A stretch of DNA of 64,000 nucleotides from Bdellovibrionales bacterium (GCA_041391465.1 JAWKNX010000014.1:14958-78957), one strand, 5' to 3'; positions 44,704 to 53,622 are shown, numbered from the stretch's first letter. Numbers and translations: made by a program. The notes: generated from the sequence alone by a model not told the origin.

Positions 44704-45352
44704 GCATACGCATCGCCTTAGGCCAATTGGATGCCTTCGATTCCATGATAAGCTGAAACTGAGCTTTGCGGACATGGTTGATGATCTGGGGTAGATTGCC
44801 ACTGGCTACTGCTGCAAGGCCAATACAACTGCGATTTTGATAAGACTATTCATTTAATCCTCCTACTTTTTCGTTTTTCTTTTGTTTGGTTAGCTTTGAT
44901 GATTCTTCTGACCACGCACGGACGCCACGTTTTACCAGTCGACTTGGAATCTTTTGGTGATTCAGTTCAGCAGCGATGGCATTGCCTGACATTCCCGATT
45001 GGTGAAGCTTTAAAATTTTTCTGACAATAATCTGCTCTTTGGGGTCAATGAGAAGTTGCCCATCAAGGTAAGCGTAGCCGTATGGTGTGTGACCACCGCG
45101 CTTAGTATGTAGTCGATCTATGTGGCGAGCATTTCCATTGAGGATTTCTCAGTGACATTCCGCTTTGGTAAGAGCTTCGCGAACAGTAGATTTCGGTATT
45201 CCTGGTAGCTACCATATCGCGAATTGAGAGACCTTTTTCGTAGAGAGGAGCGCATTTTTCATAGAATTCGTGCTGGTGTTCTAGGAGAAAGTTCAATAAA
45301 ATCATGATGATGGTGGGGTTCGCTTGTCGATTGATTAGGTCCACCATTTTTT
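44704..45352. repeat. ~650-bp direct repeat, copy A (decayed)
   Basis: Aligns by eye with 52679-53336 in the same orientation, roughly nine of ten positions identical, with several small indels. Confidence 0.8.
44862..45347 (-). pseudogene. recombinase-domain gene remnant (frameshifted copy of 52838-53416)
   Basis: The 45102-45347 track ORF carries YEKCAPLYEKGLSIRD, then loses frame. Downstream pieces still encode GYAYLDGQLLIDPKEQ-like sequence in other frames. The small peptide ORF (ATG at 44852) is also frameshifted. Confidence 0.7.
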
Positions 45353-45452
45353 AAATAACCAGCGTCCAGTGCTGGCAGCTCGTAAGTTTGCAGGAATATC
45401 ACTGGGCCAAAATTTTTAAGAAGGTGTTCGCCTATCCATTGAGTTGGTTAGA

Positions 45453-45476
45453 TGGTGGCGAGAGTCGAACCCCTCG
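45453..45476 (-). other. tRNA/tmRNA 3'-end-like remnant (possible old attachment-site scar)
   Basis: Minus strand reads CGAGGGGTTCGACTCTCGCCACCA: a T-loop-like GTTCGACT and a terminal CCACCA. No 5' half or acceptor complement was found nearby. Confidence 0.25.
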
Positions 45477-45581
45477 TTCAGATTTCTCTCCAGCATAAAT
45501 GTGGTCACATTGCATCTCTGTTAGAAAGCTATTCCGGGTGACTGTGGTTCCAACCCGAATGCTCCAAGATATCTCCGTATT

Positions 45582-45989
45582 TCAATAGAGCCTTATGTAT
45601 TCTTTCATGCCCATTTTTCTCGTCACCTTTTTTAATAGATTGGCTCCCTCAGAATTTCCAGCCAAAATAGGATGGATTGCGGCATCTGCATCTGGAGCGC
45701 CAGCTTGCAGCTTTTTAAAAATATCCTGCACGACGGATTCGACACGAGCGCCAGTTGTGACCACTTTTTTCTTTTTTTCGGAGGCGGACCCTGTCTTGTT
45801 TAATTCTTGCATCGCACTTAAGATAGAATTCATTCTTTCTTTTAATGCTTCATCTGCAATAAATTTTTTATCTGGCTTCACTTCTGTTATAGTGGTCCTA
45901 TCTCCATGGCTATGGTGGTTTTTTTCTGCAGCATAGCTCTGGCCGCTGAATACAAAGCTCAAAACTGCTGAAATTAAAATCGCCTTCAT
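45582..45989 (-). CDS. secreted hypothetical protein
   Basis: 135 aa, signal peptide, His-rich patch NHHSHGD. Confidence 0.45.
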   Translation of the reverse strand: MKAILISAVLSFVFSGQSYAAEKNHHSHGDRTTITEVKPDKKFIADEALKERMNSILSAMQELNKTGSASEKKKKVVTTGARVESVVQDIFKKLQAGAPDADAAIHPILAGNSEGANLLKKVTRKMGMKEYIRLY

Positions 45990-46011
45990 GACTTTTCTCC
46001 TTTTAATATAT

Positions 46012-46422
46012 TTATAAAATCACTTTTTTCGATTTCGCCACAAATACGCCCAGCAAAAACACACTCGCTGTCATGCTGACTGCGCCGACCAAGACAAAAA
46101 TCGGTGATGCGTTAAGAATAAGTTCCATCAAAATTCCCACCGGCATTAAGATGCCAATAACACCCAACCACGACACGATTTTCTTTTGTTGATCACCGAT
46201 GTCTAATTTGAAAAGAAGATACCCAATCAGTATATTCAAAAAAGCAAAAAGGTTGCCGTGTACATGCGCAAGTCTGGCCTCGAAATGTTTCCCATTGCCA
46301 TATGCTGCAGCCCACTCTGCAGCATCAGCTGCGAAGTCTCGCCAATAAATAAGTAAAAATCCATAAAGCATAAAACCGGCCATAATGAACAATCCAACAA
46401 CTATATTTTTCTTTCCGTACAT
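46012..46422 (-). CDS. 4-TM membrane protein with conserved His pair
   Basis: 136 aa. HFEARLAHVHGNLFAF lies between TM helices. Confidence 0.45.
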   Translation of the reverse strand: MYGKKNIVVGLFIMAGFMLYGFLLIYWRDFAADAAEWAAAYGNGKHFEARLAHVHGNLFAFLNILIGYLLFKLDIGDQQKKIVSWLGVIGILMPVGILMELILNASPIFVLVGAVSMTASVFLLGVFVAKSKKVIL

Positions 46423-46432
46423 TTCCGTCTCC

Positions 46433-46729
46433 TTATTTTATTAATATCATTTTTGAGTTTTCTAAAGCAGTAATTTCGTGCTCTTGACTTGGTGGGATCT
46501 TAACAAAGTCCTGGCTGTTCAATATGCACTTCGTTCCATCAATCTGGAACTCAACACTTCCTTCCAAGACCAACAGAAATGCTGGTGTCGCGGTGCTGTG
46601 TTTTTCAAGCTTTTGATTTGCCAATAAACCAATGCCCACGGCCTTGAAGCCTTCTGCAAAGAGTACATTGATTGATTTGCCCTCTTTTTTGTATAGGACC
46701 ATGTCTTTAATTGAACCTCTCGTGCTCAC
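46433..46729 (-). CDS. cupin-domain protein
   Basis: 98 aa. LEKHSTATPAFLLVLEGSVEF...IPPSQEHEI is a cupin two-motif pattern. Confidence 0.6.
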   Translation of the reverse strand: MSTRGSIKDMVLYKKEGKSINVLFAEGFKAVGIGLLANQKLEKHSTATPAFLLVLEGSVEFQIDGTKCILNSQDFVKIPPSQEHEITALENSKMILIK

Positions 46730-47166
46730 GTATGACTCCTTTGTTGTAAATGCTTATTTTTTATTAATAGGAAGGATGCAAACGCCCAAATGGAGACCCT
46801 TAGTGTCATCGCAATTAATGTTCTGGTCTCGTAAAGTCCACCAGCTAATATGTGCACTAAGAGTGCCGCTAAAATTACTGCGGAAGATCCTGCTATAATA
46901 AGGGACAAGCGTCTGGTCCAAATTGCACTTATAAAAACGCCTATACCTGCGGCGATATAGAAAAAACCCGCGAGGAAGTTAAACCACAACACAAAGGGCA
47001 CATAATTGCCAGCCTCAGCTTTTGCGGTAGAGTCAAAAAACAAAACTGAACCACCCTCTTTAATTGTTAAAAGGCCGAACAATATTAAAAATGCAGCCAA
47101 CACGTAAATCCATAGTGGTCTTTGATGATTTAATTTTTTCACAATTTTCTTTCTGGGCACACTCAA
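46726..47166 (-). CDS. membrane protein
   Basis: 146 aa, 4 predicted TM helices. Overlaps the cupin start. Confidence 0.45.
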   Translation of the reverse strand: MSVPRKKIVKKLNHQRPLWIYVLAAFLILFGLLTIKEGGSVLFFDSTAKAEAGNYVPFVLWFNFLAGFFYIAAGIGVFISAIWTRRLSLIIAGSSAVILAALLVHILAGGLYETRTLIAMTLRVSIWAFASFLLIKNKHLQQRSHT

Positions 47167-47175
47167 GAACCCCGT

Positions 47176-47748
47176 TCACAATAAGTTGAATTGTTTTAGT
47201 AAATCCTTTTTGAAATCTTCGTTGATCGGGCTATCACCGATCCAAATTCGTAAAAACGCCAAAGCGAACTCCGGTCCATCAATCGAACCTTCCTTTTGAC
47301 CATTAAGTTGAAAAATCAGCCGGTCCTTTTCAAAAGTAATTGCCAAAAGGTCACTCTTTTTGACATCAGAAATGAGTCTTTCCAGTCCCGCAGCCTTCTC
47401 TTTAATTTCAGGGCAAGAAGTTACACAATTTTTCATCAATTCCTCGGTCCAAGTCGTCGCGATGGTTTTAGCTGAGACGTTTTTTAAAAAATGAAGCCGC
47501 AGTTGTTTTCGCCCCGCCATTTTTTCGATTGCCAAAGGTTCAGAAATAGGCCGAGGCAGATAAAATCCTGCGACCAAGACACGGATTCCTAAGAAAGTCA
47601 CCTTTCGAAGGGCCAGGCCATTCAGAGTCAATCGTTCATTTTCTACTTTGACTTCTTGGGGAAACTCAAACCCCTCAAATTGAACAGCTTTTGCTTGTCC
47701 AGAAAGTGTAACCGAAATGATTAGACCGATGAAAAACAATTTCATCAT
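47176..47748 (-). CDS. chalcone-isomerase-like (fatty-acid-binding fold) periplasmic protein
   Basis: Signal peptide. LTLNGLALRKVTFLGIRVLVAGFYL resembles the chalcone isomerase-like family N-terminal motif. Confidence 0.55.
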   Translation of the reverse strand: MMKLFFIGLIISVTLSGQAKAVQFEGFEFPQEVKVENERLTLNGLALRKVTFLGIRVLVAGFYLPRPISEPLAIEKMAGRKQLRLHFLKNVSAKTIATTWTEELMKNCVTSCPEIKEKAAGLERLISDVKKSDLLAITFEKDRLIFQLNGQKEGSIDGPEFALAFLRIWIGDSPINEDFKKDLLKQFNLL

Positions 47749-48422
47749 GTTGTAACCACACTCAAAATACCATCCTTGATTTGGACTCTTGTTTTTGCAT
47801 ATTCGTCTAGAACAGGGTCGTGAGTAGCAAACAAGAAAGTGACTTTTTTCTCCTCGTTGAGTTGTCGCATGAATTCCAGAATCGAACGCGTGGTTTTCGA
47901 GTCTAAATTTGCAGTCGGTTCATCAGCGATGACAATTTCAGGTTCTGTGACCATGGCACGGGCGATGGCCACACGCTGCCTTTGCCCCCCAGAAAGTTCA
48001 TCGGGCCGGTGATGCCGATGCTCGTACAACCCCGTCTTCACTATCCAGTCAGTTACCCGAAGTTTTTTTTCCTCGTGAGAAATGTCCTTTCGAATCATGA
48101 GGGGAACCATTACATTTTCTTCAACGGTCAAAACTGGATTTAAATTGAATGACTGAAAGATGAACGAAATAGTTCTTGATCGCAGGGTAGCCAGTTCATC
48201 AAAATCAGCATAACTAACTTTTTGACCGTTCAGGTACACCTCACCATCGGTGGGATTATCAAGTAGACCCACAATATTCAATAGCGTCGACTTACCTGAT
48301 CCCGAAGGGCCGCGAATCAAAACAAAATCAGATTTCTTGAATATGAAGCTGACTCCCTTGAGTGCCTCAACAAAGGTCTTTCCAGTTTCATAGTTTTTAG
48401 TCACATTCTTAAGTTCGATCAT
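47745..48422 (-). CDS. ABC transporter ATP-binding protein (MacB/LolD type)
   Basis: [35 protein letters not shown]-loop ATHD. Confidence 0.9.
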   Translation of the reverse strand: MIELKNVTKNYETGKTFVEALKGVSFIFKKSDFVLIRGPSGSGKSTLLNIVGLLDNPTDGEVYLNGQKVSYADFDELATLRSRTISFIFQSFNLNPVLTVEENVMVPLMIRKDISHEEKKLRVTDWIVKTGLYEHRHHRPDELSGGQRQRVAIARAMVTEPEIVIADEPTANLDSKTTRSILEFMRQLNEEKKVTFLFATHDPVLDEYAKTRVQIKDGILSVVTT

Positions 48423-48433
48423 AGACCCTCCAA

Positions 48434-49690
48434 TTAAAATGTATACTTTAAATCCGCTGTCGCTTGTGTGTCGAAGTTGCGATACTGATATTGTGATCCT
48501 GTTCCACCTTGCATTTTGGTGAAACTAAGGCCCGCTAAAAGTTTATCCGTAGCAAGATACTCTAGTCGGGCAATGCTTAAAAGCGAGTCATCCTCTAAGC
48601 TTTTAATACCTGAAATCGTGAAGTTGTATTTTTTTTTGATCTCAGGGAATGTAACGCTCGTGATTAAATATTTTTGCCTAATAAATGGTGATTGCAAATT
48701 TGTGTTTCCAGCGAACTGGGACGGCGACAACGATCTGAGTCGCATCATTTGATTAAACTCATCAGAATTGAGCCCCTGACCATTTTCGAAATATTCAAGT
48801 CGTACAGAGAAGTCTTCGCTCGCTTCATAACCGAAACCTGCCAAACTCTGAACAGGGTAGTCTTTTTTTGTGTTGTTATATCGCGTAATTTCTTCTTGGG
48901 TGCCAAGCTCGACATACATCTTATACTTATTAAGTAAAAGAGTTTGTACTGATGTGCCTGCTCGATTTGTGCCTAGGTATCGCCCGACCATAAGACTGAC
49001 ATCAATTCCGGAGAATTGATAAAGTCCTCTGATGGCACCCTCATTGCTGTTTTGCTTGGAATCGGGCAAGCCTTCTAAGGTTTCACTTTGCACGGGCAGT
49101 ATTAAGAAATCGATACTTCCATTGATTTTTTGATACGAAAGGCGACCAAGCCAGACACCCTTTCGATCTTCTCGTTGACCCGGTAAATTCGTATTTGAAT
49201 ATATGAAATCACTGGGAGATATCAGTAATCCAGGAGATCTCCGATTGCGTTCTTTTCCAATAAAATACTGCGCGCTGTCACTCAGGCGGGAGCGAAAGCC
49301 GACTTGATTGAGAAAAAGAGAGCCTTCTTTGTCCTTATCATCATAATTCACAACAGCATCGACTATCAAAAAACTCTCGTTTAGAATTTTGAAATCACCA
49401 GAAAAGCTTAATTGGCCATTTGGAAAGTGGATTTGATCGTTGGTGCTTCCGGAAGTTTGAGTGCCATCAATTAGCAAATATGTCCTTGTTCTGCCTCTAT
49501 TAAACCAAGAGTTCTGAGGATCGGAAGTCGTAGTCTCAGTAGAAGTAGCCTCAGACATTTGAGTTTCATCGGCTAACCCGGCGGCTTCTTCGAGATCCAC
49601 ATCCGAATTATCTGCCCCTAGGGCTGTGAGTCCACCTAGAAAAATAAGACCACTCAAAAAGAAGATCATGAGTCGAAGATAACTTTTCAT
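48434..49690 (-). CDS. secreted, probably outer-membrane beta-barrel protein
   Basis: 418 aa, signal peptide, alternating beta-strand pattern, C-terminal ...ADLKYTF. Confidence 0.5.
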   Translation of the reverse strand: MKSYLRLMIFFLSGLIFLGGLTALGADNSDVDLEEAAGLADETQMSEATSTETTTSDPQNSWFNRGRTRTYLLIDGTQTSGSTNDQIHFPNGQLSFSGDFKILNESFLIVDAVVNYDDKDKEGSLFLNQVGFRSRLSDSAQYFIGKERNRRSPGLLISPSDFIYSNTNLPGQREDRKGVWLGRLSYQKINGSIDFLILPVQSETLEGLPDSKQNSNEGAIRGLYQFSGIDVSLMVGRYLGTNRAGTSVQTLLLNKYKMYVELGTQEEITRYNNTKKDYPVQSLAGFGYEASEDFSVRLEYFENGQGLNSDEFNQMMRLRSLSPSQFAGNTNLQSPFIRQKYLITSVTFPEIKKKYNFTISGIKSLEDDSLLSIARLEYLATDKLLAGLSFTKMQGGTGSQYQYRNFDTQATADLKYTF

Positions 49691-50415
49691 ATTTCTTTAC
49701 CTAGATTATCAACGACAAATCGGCCATCTGGAATTTTATTTTCAAGTTGAAGTTCGATGATTTGCATTTCTGATTTTAGTTTAGTAATCACATTTTCCAT
49801 GACCAATTTAGCGGGCCTTGTAATGTTGCCGAAAGTCTTAACAGATCCGTATTTGCAAATTTTCAAGAGAGTTCCTTTTGAGTCGTAAAAATACTGCTGT
49901 ACGGGTTGTGTTGTTGTTTTGTCGATCCATATGCGCATTTTTGCATACGCTGCCTCACTGTTCTTAGCAACAAGGTCGATAATAAACTGATTTTTAGTTT
50001 CTTTTGCAATCGATGCATTGTACTGCGCTAGCCAATCTACTCGCATGACATCAGCATTGGAAAAGTCACCACCGGCAAAGCTCTCTCTGTCTGCGACACG
50101 AACTGCCCTTGCCACGCTTGGCATATAGGTCCAAATTGTATCTTTCAGTCGTAAGGTTTCGCGGCCCTTCTCCCTTTCTGGTTTTAAGAAGTAACCATGA
50201 CTATGATTTACATCTTTGACGCTAAAGCGGACATCGTACTGAGCAATGGTTCCGTCTAAACGGTAGTTTGTAAATTGATAAAGAGACTTGAAATTTGGTG
50301 GGGACAAATTTTTTTCGACTTTAGTAATGATTTCTGTCGCAGATTCAGCCTTTGCTGGATGAGCTGTAAAAATTAAACTCGCCCCAAGGGAAAGTGCCAA
50401 GATTATCTTTGTCAT
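49687..50415 (-). CDS. LolA-like outer-membrane lipoprotein-sorting family protein
   Basis: Start set at MTKIILALSLGASLIF (GAGGAGGA Shine-Dalgarno). Size, signal peptide and position between the MacB-type permease and a barrel protein fit the family. Confidence 0.5.
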   Translation of the reverse strand: MTKIILALSLGASLIFTAHPAKAESATEIITKVEKNLSPPNFKSLYQFTNYRLDGTIAQYDVRFSVKDVNHSHGYFLKPEREKGRETLRLKDTIWTYMPSVARAVRVADRESFAGGDFSNADVMRVDWLAQYNASIAKETKNQFIIDLVAKNSEAAYAKMRIWIDKTTTQPVQQYFYDSKGTLLKICKYGSVKTFGNITRPAKLVMENVITKLKSEMQIIELQLENKIPDGRFVVDNLGKEI

Positions 50416-50461
50416 TTGATCCTCCTCGCGCAATTAACTCACTCTGGTTTCAATCAACACT

Positions 50462-51787
50462 TTAGTTACTAGTCAGCGCCTGCACGGGTTTCATTTTACT
50501 GGCCCGATAAGCAGGTACAAAACTAGCGCCTAATGCAGAAAACAGAGCTAAGAAAAACACTTTCAATAGAAACCCAATCGTGATCGTTGGATATAAAACG
50601 GTTGTGATAGTCTGACCCGGAAGGGCAAACGTTAGGCCGTAATTATTCAAGAATAGCAAAATTGAAACGGCTAGGATCATTCCGGTCATGCCACCAATAA
50701 GGCCAATCACGGCGGACTCGATCAAAAATTGAAGAGTAATATGAAATCGACGATATCCTAAGGCCATCAAAGTCCCAATTTCGCGCGTGCGTTCCATTAC
50801 GGTCATCAGGGACGTGTTAACAATTGCTGAAATAACGATTGAAAACACAATGAACATGACAAGATTAAAAATTACATTTTGAAGGTTGAGTGAGTCTCGC
50901 AGAATTCCTGCAAGCTCGATCCATGTTTGAACCGTTAAGTTGGGGTCTAACTTTTCCTTCAATTTTGTTCTTACTATTTCAGAGTCGGCATTTTCTTTGA
51001 TACGTATGGCGATTTCCGAGGCTTGCCCTTGAATTCCGGCAGCTTTTTGGAGAGTGTTAAAATCCATCCAGGCCATTCTGGCTTGGGCTCCGGGCATGGC
51101 AAAATCGACAACGCCAACCAATGTAGCCACAAGCGCTTGTTGCATGTTATCTTTATCTTGAAGTAGAATAACGATCTCGTCGCCTATCTCAGCATTGAGG
51201 CCTCTCATAAGACTCGGGGTGACCATTAACTGATGATTGCCCACTGCTTTGGGATGTGCTTTTGCTTCGGAGGCTTTTTCGTCCAGACCCGTTGCCTCAC
51301 TCAGGTCATCATCGGCAATGGACGAGGCCTCTTTCTCAAGACTTGAATCAATCATTTTTCCTTTTAATAGAGAGTCTTTAAAGCGGGGAACAACTTGAAA
51401 CTCTGTTTGTGAAGAAAAACTATTGATGATGACAGGCGTGGTAGACTGACTTTTTTGGTGATTCAAAAGGGCCATCACCTTCAATCGAGGAGTAACCTCA
51501 ACTACGCCGTCGGTATTTTTTAGCAAATCCGTTGTTTCAACTGTGTAGGGAATGAGTATTTTATAGGGATTGGCCTCAAGAGAGTCCTCGTAACCTAAAC
51601 GATGAATTTGAACATCCCCATGCATTTTTCGGGTGAGCCCGCTTTTGATTTCATTTTGAAGTCCATCTAAAAGCCCGCGAATTCCAACCACGACAAAGAC
51701 GCCAATAAATACAGTGATGATAGTAATCAGGGCTCTTCGCGTGTTGCGACCCACGTTTCGAATGGCGACTTTAATTAGATCAAACAT
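50462..51787 (-). CDS. FtsX/MacB-type ABC transporter permease
   Basis: Start set at MFDLIKVAIRNVGRN (AGGTGAGG Shine-Dalgarno). Large periplasmic loop, then C-terminal FtsX 3-TM bundle (RTREIGTLMALGY). Confidence 0.8.
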   Translation of the reverse strand: MFDLIKVAIRNVGRNTRRALITIITVFIGVFVVVGIRGLLDGLQNEIKSGLTRKMHGDVQIHRLGYEDSLEANPYKILIPYTVETTDLLKNTDGVVEVTPRLKVMALLNHQKSQSTTPVIINSFSSQTEFQVVPRFKDSLLKGKMIDSSLEKEASSIADDDLSEATGLDEKASEAKAHPKAVGNHQLMVTPSLMRGLNAEIGDEIVILLQDKDNMQQALVATLVGVVDFAMPGAQARMAWMDFNTLQKAAGIQGQASEIAIRIKENADSEIVRTKLKEKLDPNLTVQTWIELAGILRDSLNLQNVIFNLVMFIVFSIVISAIVNTSLMTVMERTREIGTLMALGYRRFHITLQFLIESAVIGLIGGMTGMILAVSILLFLNNYGLTFALPGQTITTVLYPTITIGFLLKVFFLALFSALGASFVPAYRASKMKPVQALTSN

Positions 51788-51821
51788 TGTAACCTCACCT
51801 TGTTTTGTGATCTCTTTGCGA

Positions 51822-51873
51822 GTATAGTGCACTATACAACTGCCTTATCGGAAAGTATAGTAAATACTATACT
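51822..51873. promoter_or_regulatory. two palindromic candidate TetR operators sharing a GTATAGT half-site
   Basis: GTATAGTGCACTATAC (51822-51837, perfect 16-mer) and AGTATAGTA-AA-TACTATACT (51854-51873), in the tetR/permease divergent region. Confidence 0.55.
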
Positions 51874-51929
51874 TCGACAGGCGGGAAATAGAATTCTGGC
51901 TCGTTAGATCAGAACAGCAGGAGTTAACT

Positions 51930-52592
51930 ATGCGAAACCCAAAGGAAATTAATTTTGAGACCTTGGCCGAGGAGGCGACTCGTTATGACCAGGCGTTGTC
52001 TCAAAAAGAGAAATCAATTATAGCGGCTGCTGAAATTCTTTTCTCTGAGAAGGGCGCTTCTGATACTCCAACGGCAGAGATTGCCAAAAAGGCTGGCGTC
52101 ACAGAACGAACCCTTTTTCGCTATTTTCCATCTAAAGATGATTTACTAAAAAGGGTGATGTTTCCGCTGCTACTAAAAACTGTTTTCCCTTTACAGATCA
52201 GCAAAATGAAGTCTCTTTTCAAAAGCTCTGAACTTGGAATTGAGGGAATGTTTACAAAAATATTTCAAGATCGATTGGAGGTGGCTCGGGAAAATAAAGG
52301 CAAAATTCGATTCATGCTTATTGAAGTATTAAAAAACACAGACCTTAGAGAGCGGGTTATTGGTTTGTGGGAGAAAGAGGTCTGGTCTGAAGCTATTGCG
52401 TCCATTGAGGGTTTGCAAAAATCTGGACAAATTCGAAAAAATTTAAAATCAGACACAGTCGCTCGCACTTTGTTTTCGATCATTATGGCATATGTTTTAG
52501 CGAAACATGTCATGGGCTCTTCGCCAAAATGGAATGATCAAGAAGAACTCGACCAAATTTTAGACATTCTATTAAATGGCATTAAACCCTAA
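51930..52592 (+). CDS. TetR-family transcriptional regulator
   Basis: N-terminal HTH TPTAEIAKKAGVTERTLFRYFPSKDDL. Confidence 0.85.
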   Translation: MRNPKEINFETLAEEATRYDQALSQKEKSIIAAAEILFSEKGASDTPTAEIAKKAGVTERTLFRYFPSKDDLLKRVMFPLLLKTVFPLQISKMKSLFKSSELGIEGMFTKIFQDRLEVARENKGKIRFMLIEVLKNTDLRERVIGLWEKEVWSEAIASIEGLQKSGQIRKNLKSDTVARTLFSIIMAYVLAKHVMGSSPKWNDQEELDQILDILLNGIKP

Positions 52593-52666
52593 TGTCTTTA
52601 TTTTCATCCAGAAAAATTTGTATACTCCTAGCGGGCTGTACTTCTGGATATAGGGCAGGGACTTTG

Positions 52667-52828
52667 TTACCTACTCGGCATACGCACCGCCTTAGGCCAA
52701 TTGGAAGCCTTGGATTCCATGATGAGCTGAAATTGAGCCCTGCGAACTTGGTTGATGATCTTGGGTAGATTGCCACTAGCTACAGTGGCAAAGGCCAATA
52801 CGACTGCGATTTTGATAAGACTATTCAC
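52667..52828 (-). CDS. possible 53-aa secreted peptide downstream of the recombinase-domain gene
   Basis: Own translation from GTG at 52828 (AGGAGGA Shine-Dalgarno): (M)NSLIKIAVVLAFATVASGNLPKIINQVRRAQFQLIMESKASNWPKAVRMPSR. The homologous ORF in copy A has an ATG start but is frameshifted. Confidence 0.4.
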   Translation of the reverse strand: MNSLIKIAVVLAFATVASGNLPKIINQVRRAQFQLIMESKASNWPKAVRMPSR

Positions 52829-53336
52829 TTGATCCTCCTACTTTTTCGTTTTCTTTGTTTGGTTAGCTTTGATGATTCTTCTGACCACGCAAGGACGCCA
52901 CGTTTTGCCAGTGCGACTTGGAATCTTTTGGCAATTCAATTCGGTAGCAATGGCATTACCTGACATCCCTGATTGGTGAAGCTTTAAAATTTTTCTGACA
53001 ATGATTTGTTCTTTTGGATCAATAAGAAGTTGCCCATCAAGATAAGCGTAGCCGTATGGTGTGTGTCCGCCTCGCTTAGTATGTAGTCGATCTATGTGGC
53101 GAGCATTTCCATTGAGGGGATTTCTCAGTGACACCCCACTCTTTGTAAGAGCTTCGCGAACAGTAGATTTCGGTATTCCTGTGCGCTCTTCTATATCTCG
53201 AATAGAGAGGCCCTTTTCGTATAAAGGGGCGCATTTCTCGTAAATTCGTGATTGTGTTCTAGGGGAAAGTTCAATAAAATCGTGATGATGATTGGGTTCG
53301 TTTGTCCATTGGGCTCCACCACCAAATTTTTCAACT
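52679..53336. repeat. ~650-bp direct repeat, copy B (intact genes)
   Basis: Partner of 44704-45352, offset about 7975 bp, same orientation. Confidence 0.8.
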
Positions 53337-53416
53337 GGTGAGTCCCCCGAAAAGGGGGAAAACCTAAACCCTTTAAACCATGAACTAAAACAGGAGGCCC
53401 GCAGACGCGAGTTCAC
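52838..53416 (-). CDS. HTH + serine-recombinase 'recombinase' domain protein lacking the catalytic resolvase domain
   Basis: LYEKGLSIRDIEERTGIPKSTVREAL (HTH), then PYGYAYLDGQLLIDPKEQIIVRKILKLHQSGMSGNAIATELNCQKIPSRTGKTWRPCVV (large-serine-recombinase middle domain). No Ser-catalytic N-domain. Confidence 0.65.
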   Translation of the reverse strand: MNSRLRASCFSSWFKGFRFSPFSGDSPVEKFGGGAQWTNEPNHHHDFIELSPRTQSRIYEKCAPLYEKGLSIRDIEERTGIPKSTVREALTKSGVSLRNPLNGNARHIDRLHTKRGGHTPYGYAYLDGQLLIDPKEQIIVRKILKLHQSGMSGNAIATELNCQKIPSRTGKTWRPCVVRRIIKANQTKKTKK

Positions 53417-53458
53417 CTGGGGATCGTTAGCCGAAATTAGCGAACGTTAATCGGCTTA

Positions 53459-53486
53459 GCCCCACATTTGCCCCATTCTTGCCCCA
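53459..53486. repeat. three GCCCCA direct repeats at exact 11-bp phasing
   Basis: GCCCCA at 53459, 53470 and 53481, in the divergent region between the recombinase-domain gene and the HTH gene. Confidence 0.5.
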
Positions 53487-53622
53487 CGTTTTTTAAGTGT
53501 GAAATTGCAAAACTACACGCTTAGAAAATTCAAAGAGGGAGTAAGAAAACCAAGTCAGTTTTCAAACAGTTAGAGTTCCATGCCTATGTGAAATGTGCCT
53601 ACACACATAGAAAGGAACTACT

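Noticed and set aside
45371-45390. CTGGCAG-N-TTTGCA sigma-54-like sequence
   Set aside because: The spacing between the GG and GC elements is about four nucleotides too long.
45400-45560. A complete tRNA or tmRNA gene around the GTTCGACTCTCGCCACCA motif
   Set aside because: I could not fold a cloverleaf. The T-stem has only 3 of 5 pairs. No 5' acceptor strand, D-arm or anticodon arm was found in the adjacent 100 nt. Kept only as a possible scar.
52582-52776. 64-aa minus-strand track ORF (MAIYPRSS...)
   Set aside because: No ribosome-binding site. A different frame on the same strand has an AGGAGGA Shine-Dalgarno sequence, a signal-peptide-like product, and a homologous (decayed) copy in repeat A.
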